64,000 bases of DNA from Auanema rhodensis (taxonomy: Eukaryota > Animalia > Nematoda): NCBI GenBank assembly GCA_964057225.1, contig OZ059895.1, forward strand, positions 21,638,001 to 21,702,000, written 5' to 3'. The notes under the pieces are model-generated. The model was not told the DNA's origin and ran no database searches. It saw only the letters and a program-made list of their open reading frames with translations. Position numbers and translations under genes: made by a program. Position 1 is the first letter of the stretch, and every line of letters starts with the position of its first letter. Of the stretch, positions 36,301 through 51,300 are shown piece after piece.

Positions 36301-39300
36301 GAATCTAAAAACATCTACTTCTTGCTAAATTATTTTGAAATTTTTCGAAAAAATTTTTGTCAAAATGTTTTTGGAAGCAATGTTGAGTGTACATGGAAAC
36401 TCAACATACACTAATGCATCATTTTTCAAACGATCATAACTAAGTTTTGTATTGAGCGTTTCTCAATGTAGTATAGTGCATTCGATGCGGATTTTTAAGC
36501 TGCGTCGATCTGTGTTATAAGATTTGCGCTAGCTTAAAAATGCACCGAGATATCAACTGATATATGTTCACACTTATATCCTCGATTTTCACCCTGAAGA
36601 AATTATTTTTTCGTTGAATAACATTGTCCATCGTCTTTGCCTTGAAAAAAGGAATCTAAAAACATCTACTTCTTGCTAAATTATTTTGAAATTTTTCGAA
36701 AAAATTTTTGTCAAAATGTTTTTGGAAGCAATGTTGAGTGTACATGGAAACTCAACATACACTAATGCATCATTTTTCAAACGATCATAACTAATTTTTG
36801 TATTAAGCGTTTCTCAATGTAGTATAGTGCATTCGATGCGGATTTTTAAGCTGCGTCGATCTGTGTTATCAGATTTGCTCTAGCTTAAAAATGCACCGAG
36901 ATATCAACTGATATATGTTCACACTTATATCCTCGATTTTCACCCTGAAGAAATTATTTTTTCGTTGAATAACATTGTCCATCGTCTTTGCCTTGAAAAA
37001 AGGAATCTAAAAACATCTACTTCTTGCTAAATTATTTTGAAATTTTTCGAAAAAATTTTTGTCAAAATGTTTTTGGAAGCAATGTTGAGTGTACATGGAA
37101 ACTCAACATACACTAATGCATCATTTTTCAAACGATCATAACTAATTTTTGTAGTAAGCGTTTCTCAATGTAGTATAGTGCATTCGATGCGGATTTTTAA
37201 GCTGCGTCGATCTGTGTTATAAGATTTGCGCTAGCTTAAAAATGCACCGAGATATCAACTGATATATGTTCACACTTATATCCTCGATTTTCACCCTGAA
37301 GAAATTATTTTTTCGTTGAATAACATTGTCCATCGTCTTTGCCTTGAAAAAAGGAATCTAAAAACATCTACTTCTTGCTAAATTATTTTGAAATTTTTCG
37401 AAAAAATTTTTGTCAAAATGTTTTTGGAAGCAATGTTGAGTGTACATGGAAACTCAACATACACTAATGCATCATTTTTCAAACGATCATAACTAATTTT
37501 TGTATTAAGCGTTTCTCAATGTAGTATAGTGCATTCGATGCGGATTTTTAAGCTGCGTCGATCTGTGTTATCAGATTTGCTCTAGCTTAAAAATGCACCG
37601 AGATATCAACTGATATATGTTCACACTTATATCCTCGATTTTCACCCTGAAGAAATTATTTTTTCGTTGAATAACATTGTCCATCGTCTTTGCCTTGAAA
37701 AAAGGAATCTAAAAACATCTACTTCTTGCTAAATTATTTTGAAATTTTTCGAAAAAATTTTTGTCAAAATGTTTTTGGAAGCAATGTTGAGTGTACATGG
37801 AAACTCAACATACACTAATGCATCATTTTTCAAACGATCATAACTAATTTTTGTAGTAAGCGTTTCTCAATGTAGTATAGTGCATTCGATGCGGACTTTT
37901 AAGCTGCGTCGATCTGTGTTATAAGATTTGCGCTAGCTTAAAAATGCACCGAGATATCAACTGATATATGTTCACACTTATATCCTCGATTTTCACCCTG
38001 AAGAAATTATTTTTTCGTTGAATAACATTGTCCATCGTCTTTGCCTTGAAAAAAGGAATCTAAAAACATCTACTTCTTGCTAAATTATTTTGAAATTTTT
38101 CGAAAAAATTTTTGTCAAAATGTTTTTGGAAGCAATGTTGAGTGTACATGGAAACTCAACATACACTAATGCATCATTTTTCAAACGATCATAACTAATT
38201 TTTGTATTAAGCGTTTCTCAATGTAGTATAGTGCATTCGATGCGGATTTTTAAGCTGCGTCGATCTGTGTTATCAGATTTGCTCTAGCTTAAAAATGCAC
38301 CGAGATATCAACTGATATATGTTCACACTTATATCCTCGATTTTCACCCTGAAGAAATTATTTTTTCGTTGAATAACATTGTCCATCGTCTTTGCCTTAA
38401 AAAAAGGAATCTAAAAACATCTACTTCTTGCTAAATTATTTTGAAATTTTTCGAAAAAATTTTTGTCAAAATGTTTTTGGAAGCAATGTTGAGTGTACAT
38501 GGAAACTCAACATACACTAATGCATCATTTTTCAAACGATCATAACTAATTTTTGTATTGAGCGTTTCTCGATGTAGTATAGTGCATTCGATGCGGATTT
38601 TTAAGCTGCGTCGATCTGTGTTATCAGATTTGCGCTAGCTTAAAAATGCACCGAGATATCAACTGATATAAGTTCACACTTAGATCCTCGATTTTCACCC
38701 TGAAGAATTAATTTTTTCGTTGAATAACAATGTCCATCGTCTTTGCCTTGAAAAAAGAAATCTAAAAACATCTACTTCTTGCTAAATTATTTTGAAATTT
38801 TTCGAAAAAATTTTTGTCAAAATGTTTTTGGAAGCAATGTTGAGTGTACATGGAAACTCAACATACACTAATGCATCATTTTTCAAACGATCATAACTAA
38901 TTTTTGTATTAAGCGTTTCTCAATGTAGTATAGTGCATTCGATGCGGATTTTTAAGCTGCGTCGATCTGTGTTATCAGATTTGCTCTAGCTTAAAAATGC
39001 ACCGAGATATCAACTGATATATGTTCACACTTATATCCTCGATTTTCACCCTGAAGAAATTATTTTTTCGTTGAATAACATTGTCCATCGTCTTTGCCTT
39101 GAAAAAAGGAATCTAAAAACATCTACTTCTTGCTAAATTATTTTGAAATTTTTCGAAAAAATTTTTGTCAAAATGTTTTTGGAAGCAATGTTGAGTGTAC
39201 ATGGAAACTCAACATACACTAATGCATCATTTTTCAAACGATCATAACTAATTTTTGTATTGAGCGTTTCTCAATGTAGTATAGTGCATTCGATGCGGAT

Positions 39301-42300
39301 TTTTAAGCTGCGTCGATCTGTGTTATCAGATTTGCGCTAGCTTAAAAATGCACCGAGATATCAACTGATATATGTTCACACTTATATCCTCGATTTTCAC
39401 CCTGAAGAAATTATTTTTTCGTTGAATAACATTGTCCATCGTCTTTGCCTTGAAAAAAGGAATCTAAAAACATCTACTTCTTGCTAAATTATTTTGAAAT
39501 TTTTCGAAAAAATTTTTGTCAAAATGTTTTTGGAAGCAATGTTGAGTGTACATGGAAACTCAACATACACTAATGCATCATTTTTCAAACGATCATAACT
39601 AATTTTTGTATTGAGCGTTTCTCAATGTAGTATAGTGCATTCGATGCGGATTTTTAAGCTGCGTCGATCTGTGTTATCAGATTTGCGCTAGCTTAAAAAT
39701 GCACCGAGATATCAACTGATATATGTTCACACTTATATCCTCGATTTTCACCCTGAAGAAATTATTTTTTCGTTGAATAACATTGTCCATCGTCTTTGCC
39801 TTGAAAAAAGAAATCTAAAAACATCTACTTCTTGCTAAATTATTTTGAAATTTTTCGAAAAAATTTTTGTCAAAATGTTTTTGGAAGCAATGTTGAGTGT
39901 ACATGGAAACTCAACATACACTAATGCATCATTTTTCAAACGATCATAACTAATTTTTGTATTGAGCGTTTCTCAATGTAGTATAGTGCATTCGATGCGG
40001 ATTTTTAAGCTGCGTCGATCTGTGTTATCAGATTTGCTCTAGCTTAAAAATGCACCGAGATATCAACTGATATATGTTCACACTTATATCCTCGATTTTC
40101 ACCCTGAAGAAATTATTTTTTCGTTGAATAACATTGTCCATCGTCTTTGCCTTGAAAAAAGGAATCTAAAAACATCTACTTCTTGCTAAATTATTTTGAA
40201 ATTTTTCGAAAAAATTTTTGTCAAAATGTTTTTGGAAGCAATGTTGAGTGTACATGGAAACTCAACATACACTAATGCATCATTTTTCAAACGATCATAA
40301 CTAATTCTTGTATTGAGCGTTTCTCAATGTAGTATAGTGCATTCGATGCGGATTTTTAAGCTGCGTCGATCTGTGTTATCAGATTTGCTCTAGCTTAAAA
40401 ATGCACCGAGATATCAACTGATATATGTTCACACTTATATCCTCGATTTTCACCCTGAAGAAATTATTTTTTCGTTGAATAACATTGTCCATCGTCTTTG
40501 CCTTGAAAAAAGGAATCTAAAAACATCTACTTCTTGCTAAATTATTTTGAAATTTTTCGAAAAAATTTTTGTCAAAATGTTTTTGGAAGCAATGTTGAGT
40601 GTACATGGAAACTCAACATACACTAATGCATCATTTTTCAAACGATCATAACTAATTTTTGTATTGAGCGTTTCTCAATGTAGTATAGTGCATTCGATGC
40701 GGATTTTTAAGCTGCGTCGATCTGTGTTATAAGATTTGCGCTAGCTTAAAAATGCACCGAGATATCAACTGATATATGTTCACACTTATATCCTCGATTT
40801 TCACCCTGAAGAAATTATTTTTTCGTTGAATAACATTGTCCATCGTCTTTGCCTTGAAAAAAGGAATCTAAAAACATCTACTTCTTGCTAAATTATTTTG
40901 AAATTTTTAAAAAAAATATTTGTCAAAATGTTTTTGGAAGCAATGTTGAGTGTACATGGAAACTCAACATACACTAATGCATCATTTTTCAAACGATCAT
41001 AACTAATTTTTGTATTAAGCGTTTCTCAATGTAGTATAGTGCATTCGATGCGGATTTTTAAGCTGCGTCGATCTGTGTTATCAGATTTGCTCTAGCTTAA
41101 AAATGCACCGAGATATCAACTGATATATGTTCACACTTATATCCTCGATTTTCACCCTGAAGAAATTATTTTTTCGTTGAATAACATTGTCCATCGTCTT
41201 TGCCTTGAAAAAAGGAATCTAAAAACATCTACTTCTTGCTAAATTATTTTGAAATTTTTCGAAAAAATTTTTGTCAAAATGTTTTTGGAAGCAATGTTGA
41301 GTGTACATGGAAACTCAACATACACTAATGCATCATTTTTCAAACGATCATAACTAAGTTTTGTATTGAGCGTTTCTCAATGTAGTATAGTGCATTCGAT
41401 GCGGATTTTTAAGCTGCGTCGATCTGTGTTATCAGATTTGCTCTAGCTTAAAAATGCACCGAGATATCAACTGATATATGTTCACACTTATATCCTCGAT
41501 TTTCACCCTGAAGAAATTATTTTTTCGTTGAATAACATTGTCCATCGTCTTTGCCTTAAAAAAAGGAATCTAAAAACATCTACTTCTTGCTAAATTATTT
41601 TGAAATTTTTCGAAAAAATTTTTGTCAAAATGTTTTTGGAAGCAATGTTGAGTGTACATGGAAACTCAACATACACTAATGCATCATTTTTCAAACGATC
41701 ATAACTAATTTTTGTATTGAGCGTTTCTCAATGTAGTATAGTGCATTCGATGCGGATTTTTAAGCTGCGTCGATCTGTGTTATCAGATTTGCGCTAGCTT
41801 AAAAATGCACCGAGATATCAACTGATATATGTTCACACTTATATCCTCGATTTTCACCCTGAAGAAATTATTTTTTCGTTGAATAACATTGTCCATCGTC
41901 TTTGCCTTGAAAAAAGAAATCTAAAAACATCTACTTCTTGCTAAATTATTTTGAAATTTTTCGAAAAAATTTTTGTCAAAATGTTTTTGGAAGCAATGTT
42001 GAGTGTACATGGAAACTCAACATACACTAATGCATCATTTTTCAAACGATCATAACTAATTTTTGTATTGAGCGTTTCTCAATGTAGTATAGTGCATTCG
42101 ATGCGGATTTTTAAGCTGCGTCGATCTGTGTTATCAGATTTGCTCTAGCTTAAAGATGCACCGAGATATCAACTGATATATGTTCACACTTATATCCTCG
42201 ATTTTCACCCTGAAGAAATTATTTTTTCGTTGAATAACATTGTCCATCGTCTTTGCCTTGAAAAAAGAAATCTAAAAACATCTACTTCTTGCTAAATTAT

Positions 42301-45300
42301 TTTGAAATTTTTCGAAAAAATTTTTGTCAAAATGTTTTTGGAAGCAATGTTGAGTGTACATGGAAACTCAACATACACTAATGCATCATTTTTCAAACGA
42401 TCATAACTAATTTTTGTATTGAGCGTTTCTCAATGTAGTATAGTGCATTCGATGCGGATTTTTAAGCTGCGTCGATCTGTGTTATCAGATTTGCTCTAGC
42501 TTAAAAATGCACCGAGATATCAACTGATATATGTTCACACTTATATCCTCGATTTTCACCCTGAAGAAATTATTTTTTCGTTGAATAACATTGTCCATCG
42601 TCTTTGCCTTGAAAAAAGGAATCTAAAAACATCTACTTCTTGCTAAATTATTTTGAAATTTTTCGAAAAAATTTTTGTCAAAATGTTTTTGGAAGCAATG
42701 TTGAGTGTACATGGAAACTCAACATACACTAATGCATCATTTTTCAAACGATCATAACTAATTTTTGTATTGAGCGTTTCTCAATGTAGTATAGTGCATT
42801 CGATGCGGATTTTTAAGCTGCGTCGATCTGTGTTATCAGATTTGCGCTAGCTTAAAAATGCACCGAGATATCAACTGATATATGTTCACACTTATATCCT
42901 CGATTTTCACCCTGAAGAAATTATTTTTTCGTTGAATAACATTGTCCATCGTCTTTGCCTTGAAAAAAGGAATCTAAAAACATCTACTTCTTGCTAAATT
43001 ATTTTGAAATTTTTCGAAAAAATTTTTGTCAAAATGTTTTTGGAAGCAATGTTGAGTGTACATGGAAACTCAACATACACTAATGCATCATTTTTCAAAC
43101 GATCATAACTATTTTTTGTATTGAGCGTTTCTCAATGTAGTATAGTGCATTCGATGCGGATTTTTAAGCTGCGTCGATCTGTGTTATCAGATTTGCGCTA
43201 GCTTAAAAATGCACCGAGATATCAACTGATATATGTTCACACTTATATCCTCGATTTTCACCCTGAAGAAATTATTTTTTCGTTGAATAACATTGTCCAT
43301 CGTCTTTGCCTTGAAAAAAGGAATCTAAAAACATCTACTTCTTGCTAAATTATTTTGAAATTTTTCGAAAAAATTTTTGTCAAAATGTTTTTGGAAGCAA
43401 TGTTGAGTGTACATGGAAACTCAACATACACTAATGCATCATTTTTCAAACGATCATAACTAATTTTTGTATTGAGCGTTTCTCGATGTAGTATAGTGCA
43501 TTCGATGCGGATTTTTAAGCTGCGTCGATCTGTGTTATCAGATTTGCGCTAGCTTAAAAATGCACCGAGATATCAACTGATATAAGTTCACACTTAGATC
43601 CTCGATTTTCACCCTGAAGAATTAATTTTTTCGTTGAATAACAATGTCCATCGTCTTTGCCTTGAAAAAAGAAATCTAAAAACATCTACTTCTTGCTAAA
43701 TTATTTTGAAATTTTTCGAAAAAATTTTTGTCAAAATGTTTTTGGAAGCAATGTTGAGTGTACATGGAAACTCAACATACACTAATGCATCATTTTTCAA
43801 ACGATCATAACTAATTTTTGTATTGAGCGTTTCTCAATGTAGTATAGTGCATTCGATGCGGATTTTTAAGCTGCGTCGATCTGTGTTATCAGATTTGCGC
43901 TAGCTTAAAAATGCACCGAGATATCAACTGATATATGTTCACACTTATATCCTCGATTTTCACCCTGAAGAAATTATTTTTTCGTTGAATAACATTGTCC
44001 ATCGTCTTTGCCTTGAAAAAAGGAATCTAAAAACATCTACTTCTCGCTAAATTATTTTGAAATTTTTCGAAAAAATTTTTGTCAAAATGTTTTTGGAAGC
44101 AATGTTGAGTGTACATGGAAACTCAACATACACTAATGCATCATTTTTCAAACGATCATAACTAATTTTTGTATTGAGCGTTTCTCAATGTAGTATAGTG
44201 CATTCGATGCGGATTTTTAAGCTGCGTCGATCTGTGTTATCAGATTTGCTCTAGCTTAAAAATGCACCGAGATATCAACTGATATATGTTCACACTTATA
44301 TCCTCGATTTTCACCCTGAAGAAATTATTTTTTCGTTGAATAACATTGTCCATCGTCTTTGCCTTGAAAAAAGGAATCTAAAAACATCTACTTCTTGCTA
44401 AATTATTTTGAAATTTTTCGAAAAAATTTTTGTCAAAATGTTTTTGGAAGCAATGTTGAGTGTACATGGAAACTCAACATACACTAATGCATCATTTTTC
44501 AAACGATCATAACTAATTTTTGTATTGAGCGTTTCTCAATGTAGTATAGTGCATTCGATGCGGATTTTTAAGCTGCGTCGATCTGTGTTATCAGATTTGC
44601 GCTAGCTTAAAAATGCACCGAGATATCAACTGATATATGTTCACACTTATATCCTCGATTTTCACCCTGAAGAAATTATTTTTTCGTTGAATTACATTGT
44701 CCATCGTCTTTGCCTTGAAAAAAGGAATCTAAAAACATCTACTTCTTGCTAAATTATTCTGAAATTTTTCGAAAAAATTTTTGTCAAAATGTTTTTGGAA
44801 GCAATGTTGAGTGTACATGGAAACTCAACATACACTAATGCATCATTTTTCAAACGATCATAACTAATTTTCGTATTGAGCGTTTCTCAATGTAGTATAG
44901 TGCATTCGATGCGGATTTTTAAGCTGCGTCGATCTGTGTTATCAGATTTGCGCTAGCTTAAAAATGCACCGAGATATCAACTGATATATGTTCACACTTA
45001 TATCCTCGATTTTCACCCTGAAGAAATTATTTTTTCGTTGAATTACATTGTCCATCGTCTTTGCCTTGAAAAAAGGAATCTAAAAACATCTACTTCTTGC
45101 TAAATTATTTTGAAATTTTTCGAAAAAATTTTTGTCAAAATGTTTTTGGAAGCAATGTTGAGTGTACATGGAAACTCAACATACACTAATGCATCATTTT
45201 TCAAACGATCATAACTAATTTTTGTATTAAGCGTTTCTCAATGTAGTATAGTGCATTCGATGCGGATTTTTAAGCTGCGTCGATCTGTGTTATCAGATTT

Positions 45301-48300
45301 GCTCTAGCTTAAAAATGCACCGAGATATCAACTGATATATGTTCACACTTATATCCTCGATTTTCACCCTGAAGAAATTATTTTTTCGTTGAATAACATT
45401 GTCCATCGTCTTTGCCTTGAAAAAAGGAATCTAAAAACATCTACTTCTTGCTAAATTATTTTGAAATTTTTCGAAAAAATTTTTGTCAAAATGTTTTTGG
45501 AAGCAATGTTGAGTGTACATGGAAACTCAACATACACTAATGCATCATTTTTCAAACGATCATAACTAAATTTTGTATTGAGCGTTTCTCGATGTAGTAT
45601 AGTGCATTCGATGCGGATTTTTAAGCTGCGTCGATCTGTGTTATCAGATTTGCGCTAGCTTAAAAATGCACCGAGATATCAACTGATATAAGTTCACACT
45701 TAGATCCTCGATTTTCACCCTGAAGAATTAATTTTTTCGTTGAATAACAATGTCCATCGTCTTTGCCTTGAAAAAAGAAATCTAAAAACATCTACTTCTT
45801 GCTAAATTATTTTGAAATTTTTCGAAAAAATTTTTGTCAAAATGTTTTTGGAAGCAATGTTGAGTGTACATGGAAACTCAACATACACTAATGCATCATT
45901 TTTCAAACGATCATAACTAATTTTTGTATTGAGCGTTTCTCAATGTAGTATAGTGCATTCGATGCGGATTTTTAAGCTGCGTCGATCTGTGTTATCAGAT
46001 TTGCGCTAGCTTAAAAATGCACCGAGATATCAACTGATATATGTTCACACTTATATCCTCGATTTTCACCCTGAAGAAATTATTTTTTCGTTGAATAACA
46101 TTGTCCATCGTCTTTGCCTTGAAAAAAGGAATCTAAAAACATCTACTTCTTGCTAAATTATTTTGAAATTTTTCGAAAAAATTTTTGTCAAAATGTTTTT
46201 GGAAGCAATGTTGAGTGTACATGGAAACTCAACATACACTAATGCATCATTTTTCAAACGATCATAACTAATTTTTGTATTGAGCGTTTCTCAATGTAGT
46301 ATAGTGCATTCGATGCGGATTTTTAAGCTGCGTCGATCTGTGTTATCAGATTTGCGCTAGCTTAAAAATGCACCGAGATATCAACTGATATATGTTCACA
46401 CTTATATCCTCGATTTTCACCCTGAAGAAATTATTTTTTCGTTGAATAACATTGTCCATCGTCTTTGCCTTGAAAAAAGGAATCTAAAAACATCTACTTC
46501 TTGCTAAATTATTTTGAAATTTTTCGAAAAAATTTTTGTCAAAATGTTTTTGGAAGCAATGTTGAGTGTACATGGAAACTCAACATACACTAATGCATCA
46601 TTTTTCAAACGATCATAACTAATTTTTGTATTGAGCGTTTCTCAATGTAGTATAGTGCATTCGATGCGGATTTTTAAGCTGCGTCGATCTGTGTTATCAG
46701 ATTTGCGCTAGCTTAAAAATGCACCGAGATATCAACTGATATATGTTCACACTTATATCCTCGATTTTCACCCTGAAGAAATTATTTTTTCGTTGAATAA
46801 CATTGTCCATCGTCTTTGCCTTGAAAAAAGGAATCTAAAAACATCTACTTCTTGCTAAATTATTCTGAAATTTTTCGAAAAAATTTTTGTCAAAATGTTT
46901 TTGGAAGCAATGTTGAGTGTACATGGAAACTCAACATACACTAATGCATCATTTTTCAAACGATCATAACTAATTTTTGTATTGAGCGTTTCTCAATGTA
47001 GTATAGTGCATTCGATGCGGATTTTTAAGCTGCGTCGATCTGTGTTATCAGATTTGCTCTAGCTTAAAAATGCACCGAGATATCAACTGATATATGTTCA
47101 CACTTATATCCTCGATTTTCACCCTGAAGAAATTATTTTTTCGTTGAATAACATTGTCCATCGTCTTTGCCTTGAAAAAAGGAATCTAAAAACATCTACT
47201 TCTTGCTAAATTATTTTGAAATTTTTCGAAAAAATTTTTGTCAAAATGTTTTTGGAAGCAATGTTGAGTGTACATGGAAACTCAACATACACTAATGCAT
47301 CATTTTTCAAACGATCATAACTAAATTTTGTATTGAGCGTTTCTCGATGTAGTATAGTGCATTCGATGCGGATTTTTAAGCTGCGTCGATCTGTGTTATC
47401 AGATTTGCGCTAGCTTAAAAATGCACCGAGATATCAACTGATATAAGTTCACACTTAGATCCTCGATTTTCACCCTGAAGAATTAATTTTTTCGTTGAAT
47501 AACAATGTCCATCGTCTTTGCCTCGAAAAAAGAAATCTAAAAACATCTACTTCTTGCTAAATTATTTTGAAATTTTTCGAAAAAATTTTTGTCAAAATGT
47601 TTTTGGAAGCAATGTTGAGTGTACATGGAAACTCAACATACACTAATGCATCATTTTTCAAACGATCATAACTAATTTTTGTATTGAGCGTTTCTCAATG
47701 TAGTATAGTGCATTCGATGCGGATTTTTAAGCTGCGTCGATCTGTGTTATCAGATTTGCGCTAGCTTAAAAATGCACCGAGATATCAACTGATATATGTT
47801 CACACTTATATCCTCGATTTTCACCCTGAAGAAATTATTTTTTCGTTGAATAACATTGTCCATCGTCTTTGCCTTGAAAAAAGGAATCTAAAAACATCTA
47901 CTTCTTGCTAAATTATTTTGAAATTTTTCGAAAAAATTTTTGTCAAAATGTTTTTGGAAGCAATGTTGAGTGTACATGGAAACTCAACATACACTAATGC
48001 ATCATTTTTCAAACGATCATAACTAATTTTTGTATTGAGCGTTTCTCAATGTAGTATAGTGCATTCGATGCGGATTTTTAAGCTGCGTCGATCTGTGTTA
48101 TCAGATTTGCGCTAGCTTAAAAATGCACCGAGATATCAACTGATATATGTTCACACTTATATCCTCGATTTTCACCCTGAAGAAATTATTTTTTCGTTGA
48201 ATAACATTGTCCATCGTCTTTGCCTTGAAAAAAGGAATCTAAAAACATCTACTTCTTGCTAAATTATTTTGAAATTTTTCGAAAAAATTTTTGTCAAAAT

Positions 48301-51300
48301 GTTTTTGGAAGCAATGTTGAGTGTACATGGAAACTCAACATACACTAATGCATCATTTTTCAAACGATCATAACTAATTTTTGTATTGAGCGTTTCTCAA
48401 TGTAGTATAGTGCATTCGATGCGGATTTTTAAGCTGCGTCGATCTGTGTTATCAGATTTGCGCTAGCTTAAAAATGCACCGAGATATCAACTGATATATG
48501 TTCACACTTATATCCTCGATTTTCACCCTGAAGAAATTATTTTTTCGTTGAATAACATTGTCCATCGTCTTTGCCTTGAAAAAAGGAATCTAAAAACATC
48601 TACTTCTTGCTAAATTATTCTGAAATTTTTCGAAAAAATTTTTGTCAAAATGTTTTTGGAAGCAATGTTGAGTGTACATGGAAACTCAACATACACTAAT
48701 GCATCATTTTTCAAACGATCATAACTAATTTTTGTATTGAGCGTTTCTCAATGTAGTATAGTGCATTCGATGCGGATTTTTAAGCTGCGTCGATCTGTGT
48801 TATCAGATTTGCTCTAGCTTAAAAATGCACCGAGATATCAACTGATATATGTTCACACTTATATCCTCGATTTTCACCCTGAAGAAATTATTTTTTCGTT
48901 GAATAACATTGTCCATCGTCTTTGCCTTGAAAAAAGGAATCTAAAAACATCTACTTCTTGCTAAATTATTTTGAAATTTTTCGAAAAAATTTTTGTCAAA
49001 ATGTTTTTGGAAGCAATGTTGAGTGTACATGGAAACTCAACATACACTAATGCATCATTTTTCAAACGATCATAACTAATTTTTGTATTGAGCGTTTCTC
49101 AATGTAGTATAGTGCATTCGATGCGGATTTTTAAGCTGCGTCGATCTGTGTTATCAGATTTGCTCTAGCTTAAAAATGCACCGAGATATCAACTGATATA
49201 TGTTCACACTTATATCCTCGATTTTCACCCTGAAGAAATTATTTTTTCGTTGAATAACATTGTCCATCGTCTTTGCCTTGAAAAAAGGAATCTAAAAACA
49301 TCTACTTCTTGCTAAATTATTTTGAAATTTTTCGAAAAAATTTTTGTCAAAATGTTTTTGGAAGCAATGTTGAGTGTACATGGAAACTCAACATACACTA
49401 ATGCATCATTTTTCAAACGATCATAACTAATTTTTGTATTAAGCGTTTCTCAATGTAGTATAGTGCATTCGATGCGGATTTTTAAGCTGCGTCGATCTGT
49501 GTTATCAGATTTGCTCTAGCTTAAAAATGCACCGAGATATCAACTGATATATGTTCACACTTATATCCTCGATTTTCACCCTGAAGAAATTATTTTTTCG
49601 TTGAATAACATTGTCCATCGTCTTTGCCTTGAAAAAAGGAATCTAAAAACATCTACTTCTTGCTAAATTATTTTGAAATTTTTCGAAAAAATTTTTGTCA
49701 AAATGTTTTTGGAAGCAATGTTGAGTGTACATGGAAACTCAACATACACTAATGCATCATTTTTCAAACGATCATAACTAATTTTTGTATTGAGCGTTTC
49801 TCAATGTAGTATAGTGCATTCGATGCGGATTTTTAAGCTGCGTCGATCTGTGTTATCAGATTTGCGCTAGCTTAAAAATGCACCGAGATATCAACTGATA
49901 TATGTTCACACTTATATCCTCGATTTTCACCCTGAAGAAATTATTTTTTCGTTGAATAACATTGTCCATCGTCTTTGCCTTGAAAAAAGGAATCTAAAAA
50001 CATCTACTTCTTGCTAAATTATTCTGAAATTTTTCGAAAAAATTTTTGTCAAAATGTTTTTGGAAGCAATGTTGAGTGTACATGGAAACTCAACATACAC
50101 TAATGCATCATTTTTCAAACGATCATAACTAATTTTTGTATTGAGCGTTTCTCAATGTAGTATAGTGCATTCGATGCGGATTTTTAAGCTGCGTCGATCT
50201 GTGTTATCAGATTTGCTCTAGCTTAAAAATGCACCGAGATATCAACTGATATATGTTCACACTTATATCCTCGATTTTCACCCTGAAGAAATTATTTTTT
50301 CGTTGAATAACATTGTCCATCGTCTTTGCCTTGAAAAAAGGAATCTAAAAACATCTACTTCTTGCTAAATTATTTTGAAATTTTTCGAAAAAATTTTTGT
50401 CAAAATGTTTTTGGAAGCAATGTTGAGTGTACATGGAAACTCAACATACACTAATGCATCATTTTTCAAACGATCATAACTAATTTTTGTATTGAGCGTT
50501 TCTCAATGTAGTATAGTGCATTCGATGCGGATTTTTAAGCTGCGTCGATCTGTGTTATCAGATTTGCTCTAGCTTAAAAATGCACCGAGATATCAACTGA
50601 TATATGTTCACACTTATATCCTCGATTTTCACCCTGAAGAAATTATTTTTTCGTTGAATAACATTGTCCATCGTCTTTGCCTTGAAAAAAGGAATCTAAA
50701 AACATCTACTTCTTGCTAAATTATTTTGAAATTTTTCGAAAAAATTTTTGTCAAAATGTTTTTGGAAGCAATGTTGAGTGTACATGGAAACTCAACATAC
50801 ACTAATGCATCATTTTTCAAACGATCATAACTAATTTTTGTATTAAGCGTTTCTCAATGTAGTATAGTGCATTCGATGCGGATTTTTAAGCTGCGTCGAT
50901 CTGTGTTATCAGATTTGCTCTAGCTTAAAAATGCACCGAGATATCAACTGATATATGTTCACACTTATATCCTCGATTTTCACCCTGAAGAAATTATTTT
51001 TTCGTTGAATAACATTGTCCATCGTCTTTGCCTTGAAAAAAGGAATCTAAAAACATCTACTTCTTGCTAAATTATTTTGAAATTTTTCGAAAAAATTTTT
51101 GTCAAAATGTTTTTGGAAGCAATGTTGAGTGTACATGGAAACTCAACATACACTAATGCATCATTTTTCAAACGATCATAACTAATTTTTGTATTGAGCG
51201 TTTCTCAATGTAGTATAGTGCATTCGATGCGGATTTTTAAGCTGCGTCGATCTGTGTTATCAGATTTGCGCTAGCTTAAAAATGCACCGAGATATCAACT